Positions 1 to 12,044 of a stretch of DNA of 64,000 nucleotides are shown here, piece by piece. The DNA is taken from assembly GCF_006345805.1 (NCBI RefSeq), contig NC_042997.1, positions 43,152,001 to 43,216,000 on the forward strand, written 5' to 3'. The notes beneath the pieces are model-generated. The model was not told the origin of the DNA. It was given only the letters and a program-made list of their open reading frames with translations, and searched no databases. Origin of the DNA: Octopus sinensis (lineage: Eukaryota). Made by a program: the position numbers and the translations under genes. Each line of letters starts with the position of its first letter. Position 1 is the first letter of the stretch.

Positions 1-531
1 GTTTTCAGCAAATAGACGAGTCTTTTAACTGAGACTAACTAAAGCAACCCCGTCATTTTTTATACTAGTGTGAGTGGGGGGTGGGGAGGAGGGAGAGAAA
101 GAGAAGAGAAAGGAATTTGCGTAAGAGTTAGGAAAGCTTGTGCGCGCGAGTTAATAGTGTTTACACCCAAGCCAGTATTAAGGAGCGGCTAAAACTATAC
201 GAAGAGTCGTCGTATAGAATAACAGATTACTTGCTTATCGTTTTTTAATTTACATCTTTTTTAAGGAACAGATTTTTTTTTACTCTGTGTGTGTGTGTGG
301 GTGTGAGTGTGTGTGAGTGTGTGTGGGGGATGTGCGTGCGTGAATGAGCGCGCGCGCGCGCACGTGTGCTTGTGTGTGTCTAGCTGAGTGTCACAGGAAT
401 GTTTTTTTTTATTTTGCTTTTATATATCGCCAATCACCACCCCCACCTCAAATATCACCGTCTTCGGCCTTTCCCTACACAATGGATTTACCAATTCTAC
501 AGTCCGTCTGGAGCAGTGTTGCATTTTCAAT

Positions 532-808
532 TACATACATACATACACACATACATACATACATACGTATGTACGTACGTACGTACATACATACATACAT
601 ACATACATACATACATACATACATACATACATACGTACGTACGTACATACATACATACATACATACATACATACATACATACATACATACATACATACGT
701 ACGTACGTACGTACATACATACATACATACATACATACATACATTCATACATACATTCATACATACATACATACATACATACATACATACATACATACAT
801 ACATACAT
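532..808. repeat. (TACA)n microsatellite with TACG variants
   Basis: Directly visible; explains the YIHT/MYVC ORFs. Confidence 0.98.
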
Positions 809-809
809 G

Positions 810-2340
810 AGATGAAAAAGAGCCTTGACCTAGTTACAACATTCTCAAAGGATGTAGGGTTCGAATTTGGTCAGGAAAAATGTTATTATATGGTTGTGTA
901 AAAGGGGAAAACTATAAACCAGACTAGTAACATCTCCATCAATGATTTGACTGTTTCCCCTGCATCTGACAAGGAATGTTACTGGTATCTAGGGGTGGAT
1001 GAAAGCATATCTTACAATGGCACTCATAACAAAACACGTGTTACTAAAGAATTTTACTGCCGAATAAAGAAAATTTGGACCTCAGAACTTTCTGCTTGCT
1101 ATAAAAGTGGCCCTCAATGTATTTGCAGTACCAGTGCTCATACCAACATTTGGGCTGCTTGATTGGATGCTTGATGAGATCCGAGCCACTGATGTGAAAA
1201 CCCGAAAAATACTAACAAGCACACATAATTTCCGCATGAACAGTTATGTAGACCGCCTCTACCTAAAACGAAAACAAGGTGGCAGAGGCTTAACATCGAT
1301 CCAACATGCCTTTGAATGTCGTATCACATCTCTTCGGCAACATCTTTTAATCACCAAGCGTAGAAATCCACCCCTTGACCAAGTTTGCATGCATAAGGCT
1401 GATAACACCATAATACTTAGAAGGCAGATCCTTGAGCAACATTCTTTGTCTGATAACCTAGAATACATGCCCAAAGAAGTCGCACAACTCTACCGCAACG
1501 TATCATCAGATGAAAGGATGACCCTATATGAGCAGAAGACTATGCATGGGTCTGTTAGTAGAAAGCTCCGAAATGATAGTAACATTGATCATGAAAGCAG
1601 TCTATCATGGACCAATAACCGGATTACTACCTCCCACTTTAAAGGGTATGCGTTTTCAATCCAGGAATAGGAAATATCAACCAAATAGCTGATGCACAAA
1701 AGGGATAGAGATGCAGGAAAAGCAGTAAAATGTGACAACCGATGCAGGCTTTGTGGAGTTAACACCGAAGATATCACCCACATCATTAGCAGTTGTCCGA
1801 AAATGTCATCACGGTATTATCTACCGATGAGACATGACATTGTAGCTCGGACACTCTTTAATGAAATCCGTTAGGAGAATAACCCGAGGACAAAAAAATA
1901 AAAACCCACAGTATGGTGGAAGCTATAGCCACTCATAATAAAAAGGAATATTTGTGGAATGTCCCAGTGAAGACCCCAATAAAATGTAAGCACAACAGAC
2001 CTGATATAATGATTTGAAATAGAGAAGAGAAACTGTACATTTGTGGAAATTACCTGCCCAGCTGATGTTAATAATATAAAGCTGAAGATCAGTGAAAAAG
2101 AGATTACTTACACTGAACTGTTGAGAAATCTGCAGTTACTCTATCCAGATTACAAGTTCAAGTTTAGACCTGTAATTATTAGGGCCCTGGTATATGTGAC
2201 ACGCTGCCTAAATACCAATCATGAGAAATTAGACTTCTCAAAATCAGAAAGGAGAAAACTAATTCGAAACCTACAGAACCAATCCGTCACTGCAACTGTA
2301 AAGAGCTGTAAAACTTTCCAGAAGTTTAGCATTTAAATAT
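810..2340 (+). mobile_element. 5'-truncated, degraded non-LTR retrotransposon with restriction-like endonuclease (R4/Dong-like)
   Basis: Fragmented frames give the RT end (FSKDVGFEFGQEKC), RLYLKRKQGGRGL, a CCHC knuckle (CRLCGVNTEDITHIISSC), and REL motifs (HNRPDIMI, EITCP...K...Y); many stops and frameshifts. Confidence 0.88.
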
Positions 2341-2652
2341 TTATGAGCATGTCTAGATATGCAACTATATGCATGAAAATATATACATATTTAGGCAGCG
2401 TGTCACATACTCATAAATATTTAAATGCTAAACTTCTGGAAAGTTTTACAGCTCTTTATAGTTGCAGTGACGGATTGGTTCTGTAGGTTTCGAATTAGTT
2501 TTCTCCTTTCTGATTTTGAGAAGTCTAATTTCTCAAGATTGGTATTTAGGCAGCGTGTCACATATACCAGGGTCCTAATAATTACAGGTCTAAACTTGAA
2601 CTTGTAATCTGGATAGAGTAACTGCAGATTTCTCAACAGTTCAGTGTAAGTA
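2105..2652. repeat. Fold-back inverted duplication of the LINE 3' end (arms ~2105-2352 and ~2405-2652)
   Basis: The right arm is the near-identical reverse complement of the left arm; ORFs 2043..2336(+) and 2421..2705(-) share the same peptide. Confidence 0.95.
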
Positions 2653-2845
2653 CAAATCTGCGCATATAGATACATACATACATACACACATACATATACA
2701 TACATACAAAAATACCCTGCTGTTGATGCTGAAATTCCAATGAAGGAGCCTTGGATCTAGGTTAGAAACCGGTCTTTCTCTATTCGCAAAAAATCTTGAA
2801 ATAAAACTGAACAATGACGTACATCTACACATACATTTATACATA

Positions 2846-3066
2846 CTGTAATCCCTCGCCATATTGCGGTTCACCTATCGCAGTTCATTATTTAAGCTTA
2901 CGGCGATTCCTCTGTGGCGTTGCTTTGCGTTTATAATAAAATTGATACATACAAATTATAAAAATAATATAAAAAATATACAGCACAGTACTGCTTCTAC
3001 GTTGCAGACTTACGCCTATCGCGGGGTTTTTGGAATGTAACACCTCCGATACTCGAGGGATTAAGC
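2846..3066. mobile_element. Tigger/pogo-like MITE
   Basis: Ends CTGTAATCCCTCG...CGAGGGATTAAG, resembling the CAGTAATCCCTCG TIR; TA-like flanks. Confidence 0.55.
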
Positions 3067-3181
3067 ATATATATACCAAATGTGAGGATAAAATTCTTTT
3101 CGAAAAAAAATATTTTCTCGAAAAGAATTTTATCAATGGCCAGCATATTAAAAAATACCTTTAACGGTTAAATTTATAAAC

Positions 3182-3438
3182 AATTCATAAATGAGGGCAA
3201 AGGAAAAAATTTCTAATGTCAAATATGCCGAAAAATTGGACATAATGTACATTAACCATTTAATTTTTTCACAGTACGCACGCTACTCGAAAAAAGGCTG
3301 ACAGAAATTTCTAAAAATTCCATTATTACCATATCGGACCGATTTCAGAGTTAGCTACTAATGGTTAATGGACATTATGTCCAATTTTTCGGCATATTTG
3401 GCATTAGAAATTTTTTCCTTTGCCCTCATTTATGAATT
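3182..3438. mobile_element. MITE/fold-back with ~79-bp inverted arms
   Basis: 3182-3260 is the reverse complement of 3360-3438 with few mismatches. Confidence 0.75.
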
Positions 3439-3464
3439 ATATATTATATATATATATATATATA

Positions 3465-3843
3465 TCTCTATATAAACGGCAGTTTGTCTGTGCGTTTTCT
3501 GTGTGTCTGTTTTCTCGTACCCTCACTCTGACCACGGCTTTCAACCGATTCTGATGAAACTTGACACACACATAGCCCAATGTCATAATTCAAAACTAAC
3601 GCAGCGAAAATTTTGGAAAGTTCCCCCAGTTCTGAAAAAAATCGATAAATTCGACATGGGGTCGAGAATCAGAAACCCAAACCACAGACCGTCTAGGGGA
3701 CGCAACTCCACCTTTTTTAACTCTCAAGAAAAATTTACCATCATTTTTTTTCCATTTCTTTGCTATTTTTTGGCTATAACTCTCTAAAAATGCTTTATAG
3801 TTATTTCCCTTACAAACCTGAGCAACGCCGGGCGATACTGCTA

Positions 3844-3844
<1 letters not shown>
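3465..3844 (+). mobile_element. Non-autonomous Helitron (copy A)
   Basis: A|TC 5' end, subterminal GC hairpin (cctgagcaacgccggg), CTAG|T 3' end; modules shared with copies at 26653, 36966 and 38186. Confidence 0.8.
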
Positions 3845-3923
<79 letters not shown>

Positions 3924-3945
3924 ATAATATATATATATAAATTTA
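3845..3945. repeat. (TA)n microsatellite
   Basis: Directly visible. Confidence 0.97.
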
Positions 3946-4038
3946 TATAAATAAGGATAAGATCGTTATTTAAAACACCGATCGTATCAAGTGGCTAGCA
4001 TGGGAATAAAAACCGCATAGGTATTAATTATTATCAAA

Positions 4039-4194
4039 ATTATAATTAAGGATATCTAAAAGATACCACCATGCTAGATATAGTAGCCAAAACTTGACTC
4101 TAAAAGCACATTAAATGTAAGAACATTTTATACGGATTTAGACTCAGGTTTTGGCTGTTATATCTAGCATGGTGGTATCTTTTAGATACCCTTA

Positions 4195-4202
<8 letters not shown>
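4039..4202. repeat. Short inverted repeat (~65-bp arms)
   Basis: 4039-4104 vs 4137-4202 are reverse complements. Confidence 0.85.
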
Positions 4203-4237
<35 letters not shown>

Positions 4238-4246
4238 ATATATATA

Positions 4247-4604
4247 GGGAGAATTCACGAAAAAATCAAAAGATGAAGACAGGTGGTGTAGAAAACAAAC
4301 AGATGTATTAGTATAACGCTCAGGAATTGAAAAAGTATTTTATGTTTCGAGCCTACGCTCTTCCACAGAAAGGAACACAGAAAAAAAACAGAGAGAGAAA
4401 CAAGGAGAAAAAAAATGTGTGTAGTGGCTACCGATCTCTCCTTGTTTCTCTCCTTGTTTCTTTTCTGTGTACCTTTCTGTCGAAGAGCGTAGGCTCGAAA
4501 CGTAAAAGACTTGTTTTATTTCTATTCTTGAGCGCCATACTAATACGTTTGTTTGTTTGTACTCCACCTGCCTTCGTCTTTTGTTTATTTTCATAAAGCT
4601 TCCC
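4247..4604. mobile_element. Oppositely oriented pair of diverged copies of a Penelope-like (pLTR-type) repeat inside (TA)n
   Basis: Imperfect inverted repeat 4247-4410 / 4435-4604; each arm carries a hammerhead-like GAGC-GTAG-GCTC-GAAAC motif. Confidence 0.6.
4473..4508 (+). ncRNA. Minimal type I hammerhead-like motif (A6U variant)
   Basis: CUUU-CUGUCGA-A-GAGC(GUAG)GCUC-GAAAC-GUA-AAAG; helices I and II pair. Confidence 0.55.
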
Positions 4605-4605
4605 G

Positions 4606-4638
<33 letters not shown>

Positions 4639-5204
4639 CTCATTTGCATTTCTTGTCGTGAAATACACACACACACACACACACACACACATTTGTAATT
4701 CTTTATTGATTGATAAACAACACATAAAACGAGAAATTCTTGCAGAAATGTAATTTATGCCGCAGATATTTTGGCGTTGACAACATTTCTTGTGCTATTG
4801 TTTGATTTTCTATTGCAAAGATGTTAGCTTCGCCCAATATATGAACATGAAACGAGATCTGGTCAGGAGAGAGATGTGTACTCGTCATTGAAATAAAATA
4901 GGGAGTTTTGGTGCATCCATGTTTCTTAGCAACGTAATGGGTGTTCCTACTTTGAGAAGCAGAACGCAAAGATGGACACCCATGGGCTGATGAGAACTGA
5001 GAAACTTCGTGGGATACTTGGCAGCATCGATAACATCAACAACAATGTGAACTGGCTTCCATCATCTGGATTGAGCGGGTATGTGTTGAAAGATACTGAC
5101 ATTAATATTCTGCATATTACGATTTTCGGAAGGCAGGCAGAATACGACATTCACGTAGCCGCTCGTATAATATATATATATCTATATATATATATATATA
5201 TATA

Positions 5205-5915
5205 CAAAGAGCAATAAAGATTCAAGTTAATTTAAAAAAATTTACTTGAATATGGTACCTAACTTAGATGCACCAAAAAAAACTATACTGATTTAACAAT
5301 ACAGTAATGTGGGGTGATTATAAGCGAGAAAGAAGCAACAAGAATGGATAGGTATTTAGCACGATCGTTTCATACAAGGACAGGTTTTATTAAAAGTTGC
5401 AAAGATTACAGCATATAAACGAGTCCCGTACTCATCAGCTAAAATACATGTAAGTTCTCTAGACATCCTAGTGTTTGAGGCTATACTCATGAAGTAATGT
5501 AGATAATTAAACAGATTTCTAAAGTTCATTAAAGTTCTTTAAAGATGATGTACAGTTTTATCACAGAATTTTAAAAAAGTTTTGATAGCATCACAGAGAA
5601 GGTGACCTAATCCATATGAATTTCCATAGATATGATGAGGGATTATATACTCACAGAAGACAAATTTATCCATTGTTAATTACAACGAGGTGGGTCTCAA
5701 TTCCTGCTTATTAGCATTACAGAGAGGGTGAATTAATCCTTTGTATATATGCACAGATTCCAATGGTGTAGATGTAAATTTCCAGAGAAATGGAGATGAA
5801 TTTCATATTCACAGGCGATGAACACAATGAGGTAGGTATCAATCCTTGTTATATGATTAGGTGTTTGCCACATTAATCACATTACTGCTATTCACAAGAG
5901 GCTGTAGCTATTCAT
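5205..5915 (-). mobile_element. Non-coding repeat flanked by (TA)n and carrying a hammerhead (Penelope-like or retrozyme-like)
   Basis: Bounded by (TA)n at 5165-5203 and 5915-6007; hammerhead at 5352-5447; no convincing ORF. Confidence 0.55.
5352..5447 (-). ncRNA. Type I hammerhead ribozyme with GUG at the cleavage site
   Basis: GUAUUUUAG-CUGAUGA-GUACGGGAC...GUCCUUGUAU-GAAAC-GAUC-GUG-CUAAAUAC; palindromic helix III ACGAUCGU. Confidence 0.8.
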
Positions 5916-5924
5916 ATATATACA

Positions 5925-5997
<73 letters not shown>

Positions 5998-6007
5998 TAT
6001 ATATATA

Positions 6008-7085
6008 CAGGGGTTGGACAAAATAATGGAAACACCTAGCATCATAATTTTGAAATATCTATAAAACCGTCAAAACCTTGTTTATTTTTATGTTTTTGAT
6101 TTATTATTAGTTTTGCTTAATATATTTTGCTAAAATTGCTGTTTCTTTTCAGATATCATCAGAAAAAGGTAATTTAAATTCATTAAAATGACAGAGCCAT
6201 TGGACTTCCAAAGAGGTCAAATTGTTGGTGTTCGTATGTCAGACACTAGCGTAACGAAAACAGCTGAAATGCTTCGTGTATCAAGAAGTACTGTCTCCAA
6301 AGTAAGGTCAGCCTTTGAGAAAGAGGGAAAAACCTTCTCGGCGAAACAAAACTCCGAAAGAAAACCAAACCTTTCAGATAGAGACCATCGGACTCTTACG
6401 CGAATTGTTTGAAAGGATCACAAGTACAGCTTCCAAAATTACTGCTTCCACAAAAACTGTTCGCCGGGAGCTGCACAAAGCCTGATTTAACGGGGTGGTG
6501 GAGGCTGCAATCAGAAAACCACTACTTTCAAATACAAGCGTTGCAAAGCATTTAGAGTGGAGTAAAAACCTACAGAATTGGTCCCTAGAGCAGTGGAAGA
6601 ATGTTATTTTTTCCTTTTACGCTATTTCAAATCACCGGCTGAGTATACACGTGGAAACAACCAAAAAAGGCATTTGTCTCAGATGCCTTCTTCCGACTAT
6701 TAAACATGGAGGAGGATCTGTGATGATCTCGGGGGCTATATCTTGGAAATCCACCGGCCCAATGTTTTCCCTTCATGGTAGGATTAATAGGCAAGACTAT
6801 TTAAGCATTTTATCTGATCAAATTCATCCTATGGTTGCGGAACTGTTTCCGGAGGGAAACGCAATCTTTAAGGATGATAATGCACCACTTTACACAGCTC
6901 AAGTTGTTACTGAATGGCACGAGGAACATTCTAGTGAAGCTGAACATTTTGTCTGGTCATCAGTCCCCAAATCTCAATATTATTGAACATTTATGGTGCG
7001 TTTTAGAAAAAAAAGTAAGGAGTTGATATCCTTCACCATCGTCACTACAAGAACTGGAGACTATTTTTGCTGAAGAATGGACAAA
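6008..7085 (+). mobile_element. Tc1-family DNA transposon relic (left TIR plus pseudo-transposase)
   Basis: TA|CAGGGGTTGGACAAAATAATGGAAACAC TIR; LDFQRGQIVG HTH, KHGGGSVM, DDNAP...SPNLNIIEHLW motifs; stops and frameshifts; right TIR not seen. Confidence 0.9.
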
Positions 7086-7088
7086 AAT

Positions 7089-7276
7089 TCCTTTGGAAAC
7101 AATTCAAATAATAAACAACAACAACAACATCGAAAAATACCTTAGGAATGAGAACCCAGGATGGAAATTTCCCCAAGATACCTGACGAAGGCTGGAGGGT
7201 ATATCAGCCGAAACGTTGTGTTAACAACAAACAAGATGAGGACAAATATCCGTCAATTGTAAATAATGTAAATAAT
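7089..7276 (+). mobile_element. Short hammerhead-bearing repeat (Penelope pLTR-like)
   Basis: Contains CTGACGAAGGCTG...CAGCCGAAACGTT; truncates the Tc1 element. Confidence 0.55.
7177..7222 (+). ncRNA. Minimal type I hammerhead ribozyme (GUU site)
   Basis: GAUAC-CUGACGA-A-GGCUG(loop)CAGCC-GAAAC-GUU-GUGUU; helix I of 5 bp (2 G-U), helix II of 5 bp, AACGUU palindrome. Confidence 0.7.
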
Positions 7277-7324
7277 TGGCATCAGTTATAAAAGAAATTG
7301 CATGAGAAATATCTATGCCAGGCT

Positions 7325-7640
7325 TTTAATTGATTGAAACAAAGGACATTTTATTCAAACTGAACAGCTCTCGCTTGTTCTGCGTTATTTTTGACAATAT
7401 TACCTGAGAAGAATTTATTGGTTGTGAGCATGATGCTGAATCGTTTCTGCGGTACGTATTGTCGGCGCTAAACTATTGGTATTAACTTCTGGCTATATGT
7501 CATTCTATGTCATCATGGTGCTTCGGTTACGAGTAGAAAAGGTCGCCAATATTCAACTGAAGCTAACATAAAAGCCATGGAAGAATTTTTCTCTCTACTG
7601 TTGCAACTCTAACTGTTCATGGTTTGGCCAACCGAGTATC
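7325..7640 (+). pseudogene. Highly degraded hAT-type transposase fragment
   Basis: ETKDI...EQLSLVLRYF and EEFIG segments resemble the DETxDxSxxEQLSxxxRY motif of hAT transposases. Confidence 0.55.
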
Positions 7641-7937
7641 ATCGCTTCAAGCAGTTACAAGAAGTAAAAAGTTGACCAAGGCTGTATTCTTACCTCCATT
7701 AGTAAAGAGGTTATGTGCCTCCGGCTAGCAGGTCTCGTGAGTCGCTTATATTAATAAGAGCATAATAGACGCGAAACCAATGGTAACTTTCTGAGCGGCC
7801 ATAACCAACGATTACATTACACACACACACACACACACGTGTGTGTGTGTCTGCAGTAAATCATAAATCCGAAAGAGGAATGCTGTAAAGCTAAGCACTT
7901 TATGGACATGAAACCCAGGTTAACCCCACAGACCGGC

Positions 7938-8313
<376 letters not shown>

Positions 8314-9150
8314 AACTTTCGGGCCGGGACCTATGAACAATCACCAAAGATCCCTGGCCTGGCAGTGCTATCGAGAAGCATTACATGTTCGGGATAAGCT
8401 CTACAGACACGGTTCCAGACACACTGGACCGACTTGCCCGAGATGCGGTCAGAGCGACGAAACCGTTCTGCACGCACTCGTGCAATGTCCAACCATTTCC
8501 GACTGTGGGGCTTATGCCAAACGGCTGCTGTCACGTGTGGGACGAATCCGCCTATCGGCCGAGTCTATCCTGAGAATTGCTCCGCCCCCTTCCCTCAACC
8601 GGGAAGGCAAGGCAGTTTTCATCGTACTGGTGGCCATGTGAAAGAATGTGTGTGGTGGACTCGAGCGAAAGGATTAGAGACAAACACTTACCTCTCTGGC
8701 CAATCGCTCATCAACTTTTTCAAGTACCACTTGAAAAGGAAGGTGAGAATGGAGAGGGAAGTTTTGTCTCGCGAAAGATTCAAAAAAGATGGGTGAATGT
8801 TGCAAAGATGGTGCGTGCTAGTAACGAAACCATTTTGAGCATGATCCTGTAGATCGTAAAAAAGAAAGAAAGAGAGCATTTTTGACCTCATGTGTTTATT
8901 TCCTCCCTGACTGGGGTTCCCGTGGTCTTTTCTGTAGGCTTTTCTTCCCACGGATGAACCCAATCTTGTTATATCAGTGTTTACACCATTATTTCTGTGA
9001 TACACGATTTTCTTTTTTTTTCCTTTTTTTTCCTCCTCTCGATCCCTTTTGATCGCAATCTTACATTTTTTATTTTTTTCCACCCTCGAAAAGAAAAGCT
9101 CTGCATTTGTATTTGTCCCCTCTGTATTCAGCCCTGTGTGGCTAATAAAA
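8314..9150 (+). mobile_element. 3' fragment of an L1/Tx1-clade LINE
   Basis: zf-RVT-like peptide [14 protein letters not shown]...[19 protein letters not shown] followed by a T-rich 3' UTR; flanked by (TATC)n on both sides. Confidence 0.75.
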
Positions 9151-9155
9151 GAAAG

Positions 9156-9575
<420 letters not shown>

Positions 9576-9587
9576 AAATAAAATAAA

Positions 9588-9760
9588 TGTGCCCTTTTAA
9601 AGCCTAGCCAGGCTCATGGGCCCGGTTTCCCGGTTTCCGTGGCGTATGTGCTCCCCAGCTGGACAGGACGTCAGTCCATCGCATCGTTTCTCATTTTTGC
9701 CAGCTGAGTGGATTGGAGCAACGTGAAATGAAGTGTTTTGCTCAAGAACATACTTCCGAT
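9588..9760 (-). mobile_element. SINE 3' fragment
   Basis: Shares tail GCCTAGCCAGGCTCATGGGCCCGGTTTCCCGG with the SINE at 29496-29816. Confidence 0.75.
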
Positions 9761-10604
9761 TCGCAGATGTACTTATCGCCGAAACTACAGATCTGCTGCA
9801 GACCATGCTACAGAACTAAGCACCTATAGATTAGCAGTAGCTAAAAATGAACCACATGAAAACAAAATATACACGATCCAAAGACGTAGCACAAGGCCAG
9901 ATAGAAGTGGGAAGCGATAAAATCAAGGAGGCAGACGATTGTGTTTATTGAGACACGCAGTGAATATGCAGTGATCCGCGCGCACGCACGCATACACACA
10001 CGTACACATACACATAGGCACACAAACACGCAGATACACACACACACACATACACACACACATGCACACACACACACACTCACACATTGATTTATGCATC
10101 ATAGGCAATGTAAATATATCGTGATAGGTCAAATTTTCACCTGAGATAACATCTCTCATGGACGGCGCTTTGTTTAAGAATACTATATGTATTGTATGTA
10201 TGTATGTATGTATGTATGTATGTATGTATGTATGTATGTATGTATGCATGCATGTGTATATATATATATGTGTGTGTGTGTGTATGTAAAACAAAGTGAA
10301 GTTGGGGGTTACTGCACGAGTAAAAATAGAAGGAAAAGAATCTGAAAATACAGGAGTCTTTAAAAGTATTTATTAACTAAACCGGTTTCACGTATTTAAA
10401 AAGATTTTCAAAAGTAAAGTGTGAGGTTTTGTGTATCCTCTCCGGTGTTAAAATTTAGTTTTACAAAAATGTATCCAAATCAAGTGATAGAGTCTTTGAC
10501 AACGTTAAGAAAAGTTTTGAGGCTTTGTGTATCCTGTGTGATGAGTCAATAAATAGTTTACTTAAAAATAGTCAGATGAGGCAATAAATTAGTTTACATG
10601 AAAA

Positions 10605-10718
10605 TATTTCTTTATTGCCCACAGGGGGATAAACATTGTGGGGACAAACAAGGACAGACAAAGGGATTAAGTCGACTGGTACTTATTTAATCGACCCCGA
10701 AAGGATGAAAGGCAAAGT
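10605..10718 (-). mobile_element. SINE 3' fragment (family of 21373-21599)
   Basis: Reverse complement matches the tail of the 21373 SINE. Confidence 0.75.
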
Positions 10719-10831
10719 AATAGAGTCTTTGACAAGGAGATAAACTGTGTATCTTTCTGTAATGAGTCAAGAAATAGTTTACGTAAAAACATTCAGATCA
10801 GCTAATGAAACTTTACATTAATAAAGCAGAA

Positions 10832-11012
<181 letters not shown>

Positions 11013-11015
11013 CTA

Positions 11016-12012
11016 CTACATTGCATTTAGTTTGGTTTGGAAATTTGTTCTGTTCTCATTGTCATTTGGCAATATCAACCAGTTGAATGTCGTACACTTC
11101 TTGAATTCCTGTGCTTGTCTACTAAATTTCAATCGGAAGTAGCAGGAAACAATTCTACGGTCAGGATTTAGCTCCACTGTTGAGTAGGCGCGACAGTTAG
11201 CAAAGGAGCCCATCCACTTTGCCGTCACAGATATCTGGTCCAGCTCCTTTTTATATTCACTGGGAAGTATCTGGCTCCAATTTCTGTTGTTCTTGTGCTT
11301 GAAATAGGATTGCAAATTCTTCAGGTTACAGGATGAACAGAAGTTAGCATATCTGCTTCCATTATCGCGTGAAACCTCATGATATGTATGTTTTCTGACT
11401 GCTAGACCTTGTCTATCGTCGCGAATTTGTGCATTCATATCCCCAAGGAAAACTACTATGTTCATGCTTAGGGCAAATTTTGCACGTTTCTGTAAACTGG
11501 TCATAGAATCGGTCTTTATCTTCCTCATCGGTAGTTTCTGTTGGCGTGTAACTTTATTTGTTACAAATATCTGCAGTCGCAGATTTCCTTGGATAGTTGC
11601 CTGAATAATTCGACAGCATTATTTTTAACTGGTAAAGGCGCTGATGGACAAGAATTCCAACCCCACCATTAGTTCTTGCATCTGCATTTGAGTAACATAA
11701 CACCCATGCCCTATTCTGGATGTACGTAGTATTTAAGTCTTCTGACCATTTCCATCTATGTTCCTGGAAGCCTATAATGGCAATTGACTGTTTCTCTGCT
11801 TTGCGCGTCAATTGATCAAATTCACCACACTTCAGTCGTGTTCGAATACTGTATGTAGAAAAGATAAACGTGGACAGTCTCTTTCTGAATACTTCCGTAT
11901 TCACAGGTCCAAAATGACTTTGGTGCGATAGCTTCATATCGACAAGTTCATGTTTATTCTGATACGACCTCCAATGTTTGATCCTACCTTGTTTTCGTTT
12001 CGCTGTCAGCAA
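11016..12012 (-). mobile_element. RTE-like LINE 5' part (AP endonuclease), inverted
   Basis: GFQEHRW, GGVGILV, LGDMNAQ, DNGSR, ELDQI and PDRRIV APE motifs on the minus strand. Confidence 0.85.
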
Positions 12013-12044
12013 TACTGTAATAGTGGGTGGTTAGCCCAGCTCTC

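Noticed and set aside
4987-5012. CTGATGA-GAACTGA-GAAAC
   Set aside because: Helix II cannot form and there is no NUH site with a pairing helix I.
4947-5217. Short ORFs 4972..5217(+) and 4947..5150(-)
   Set aside because: No recognisable domain or convincing splice pair; left unassigned.
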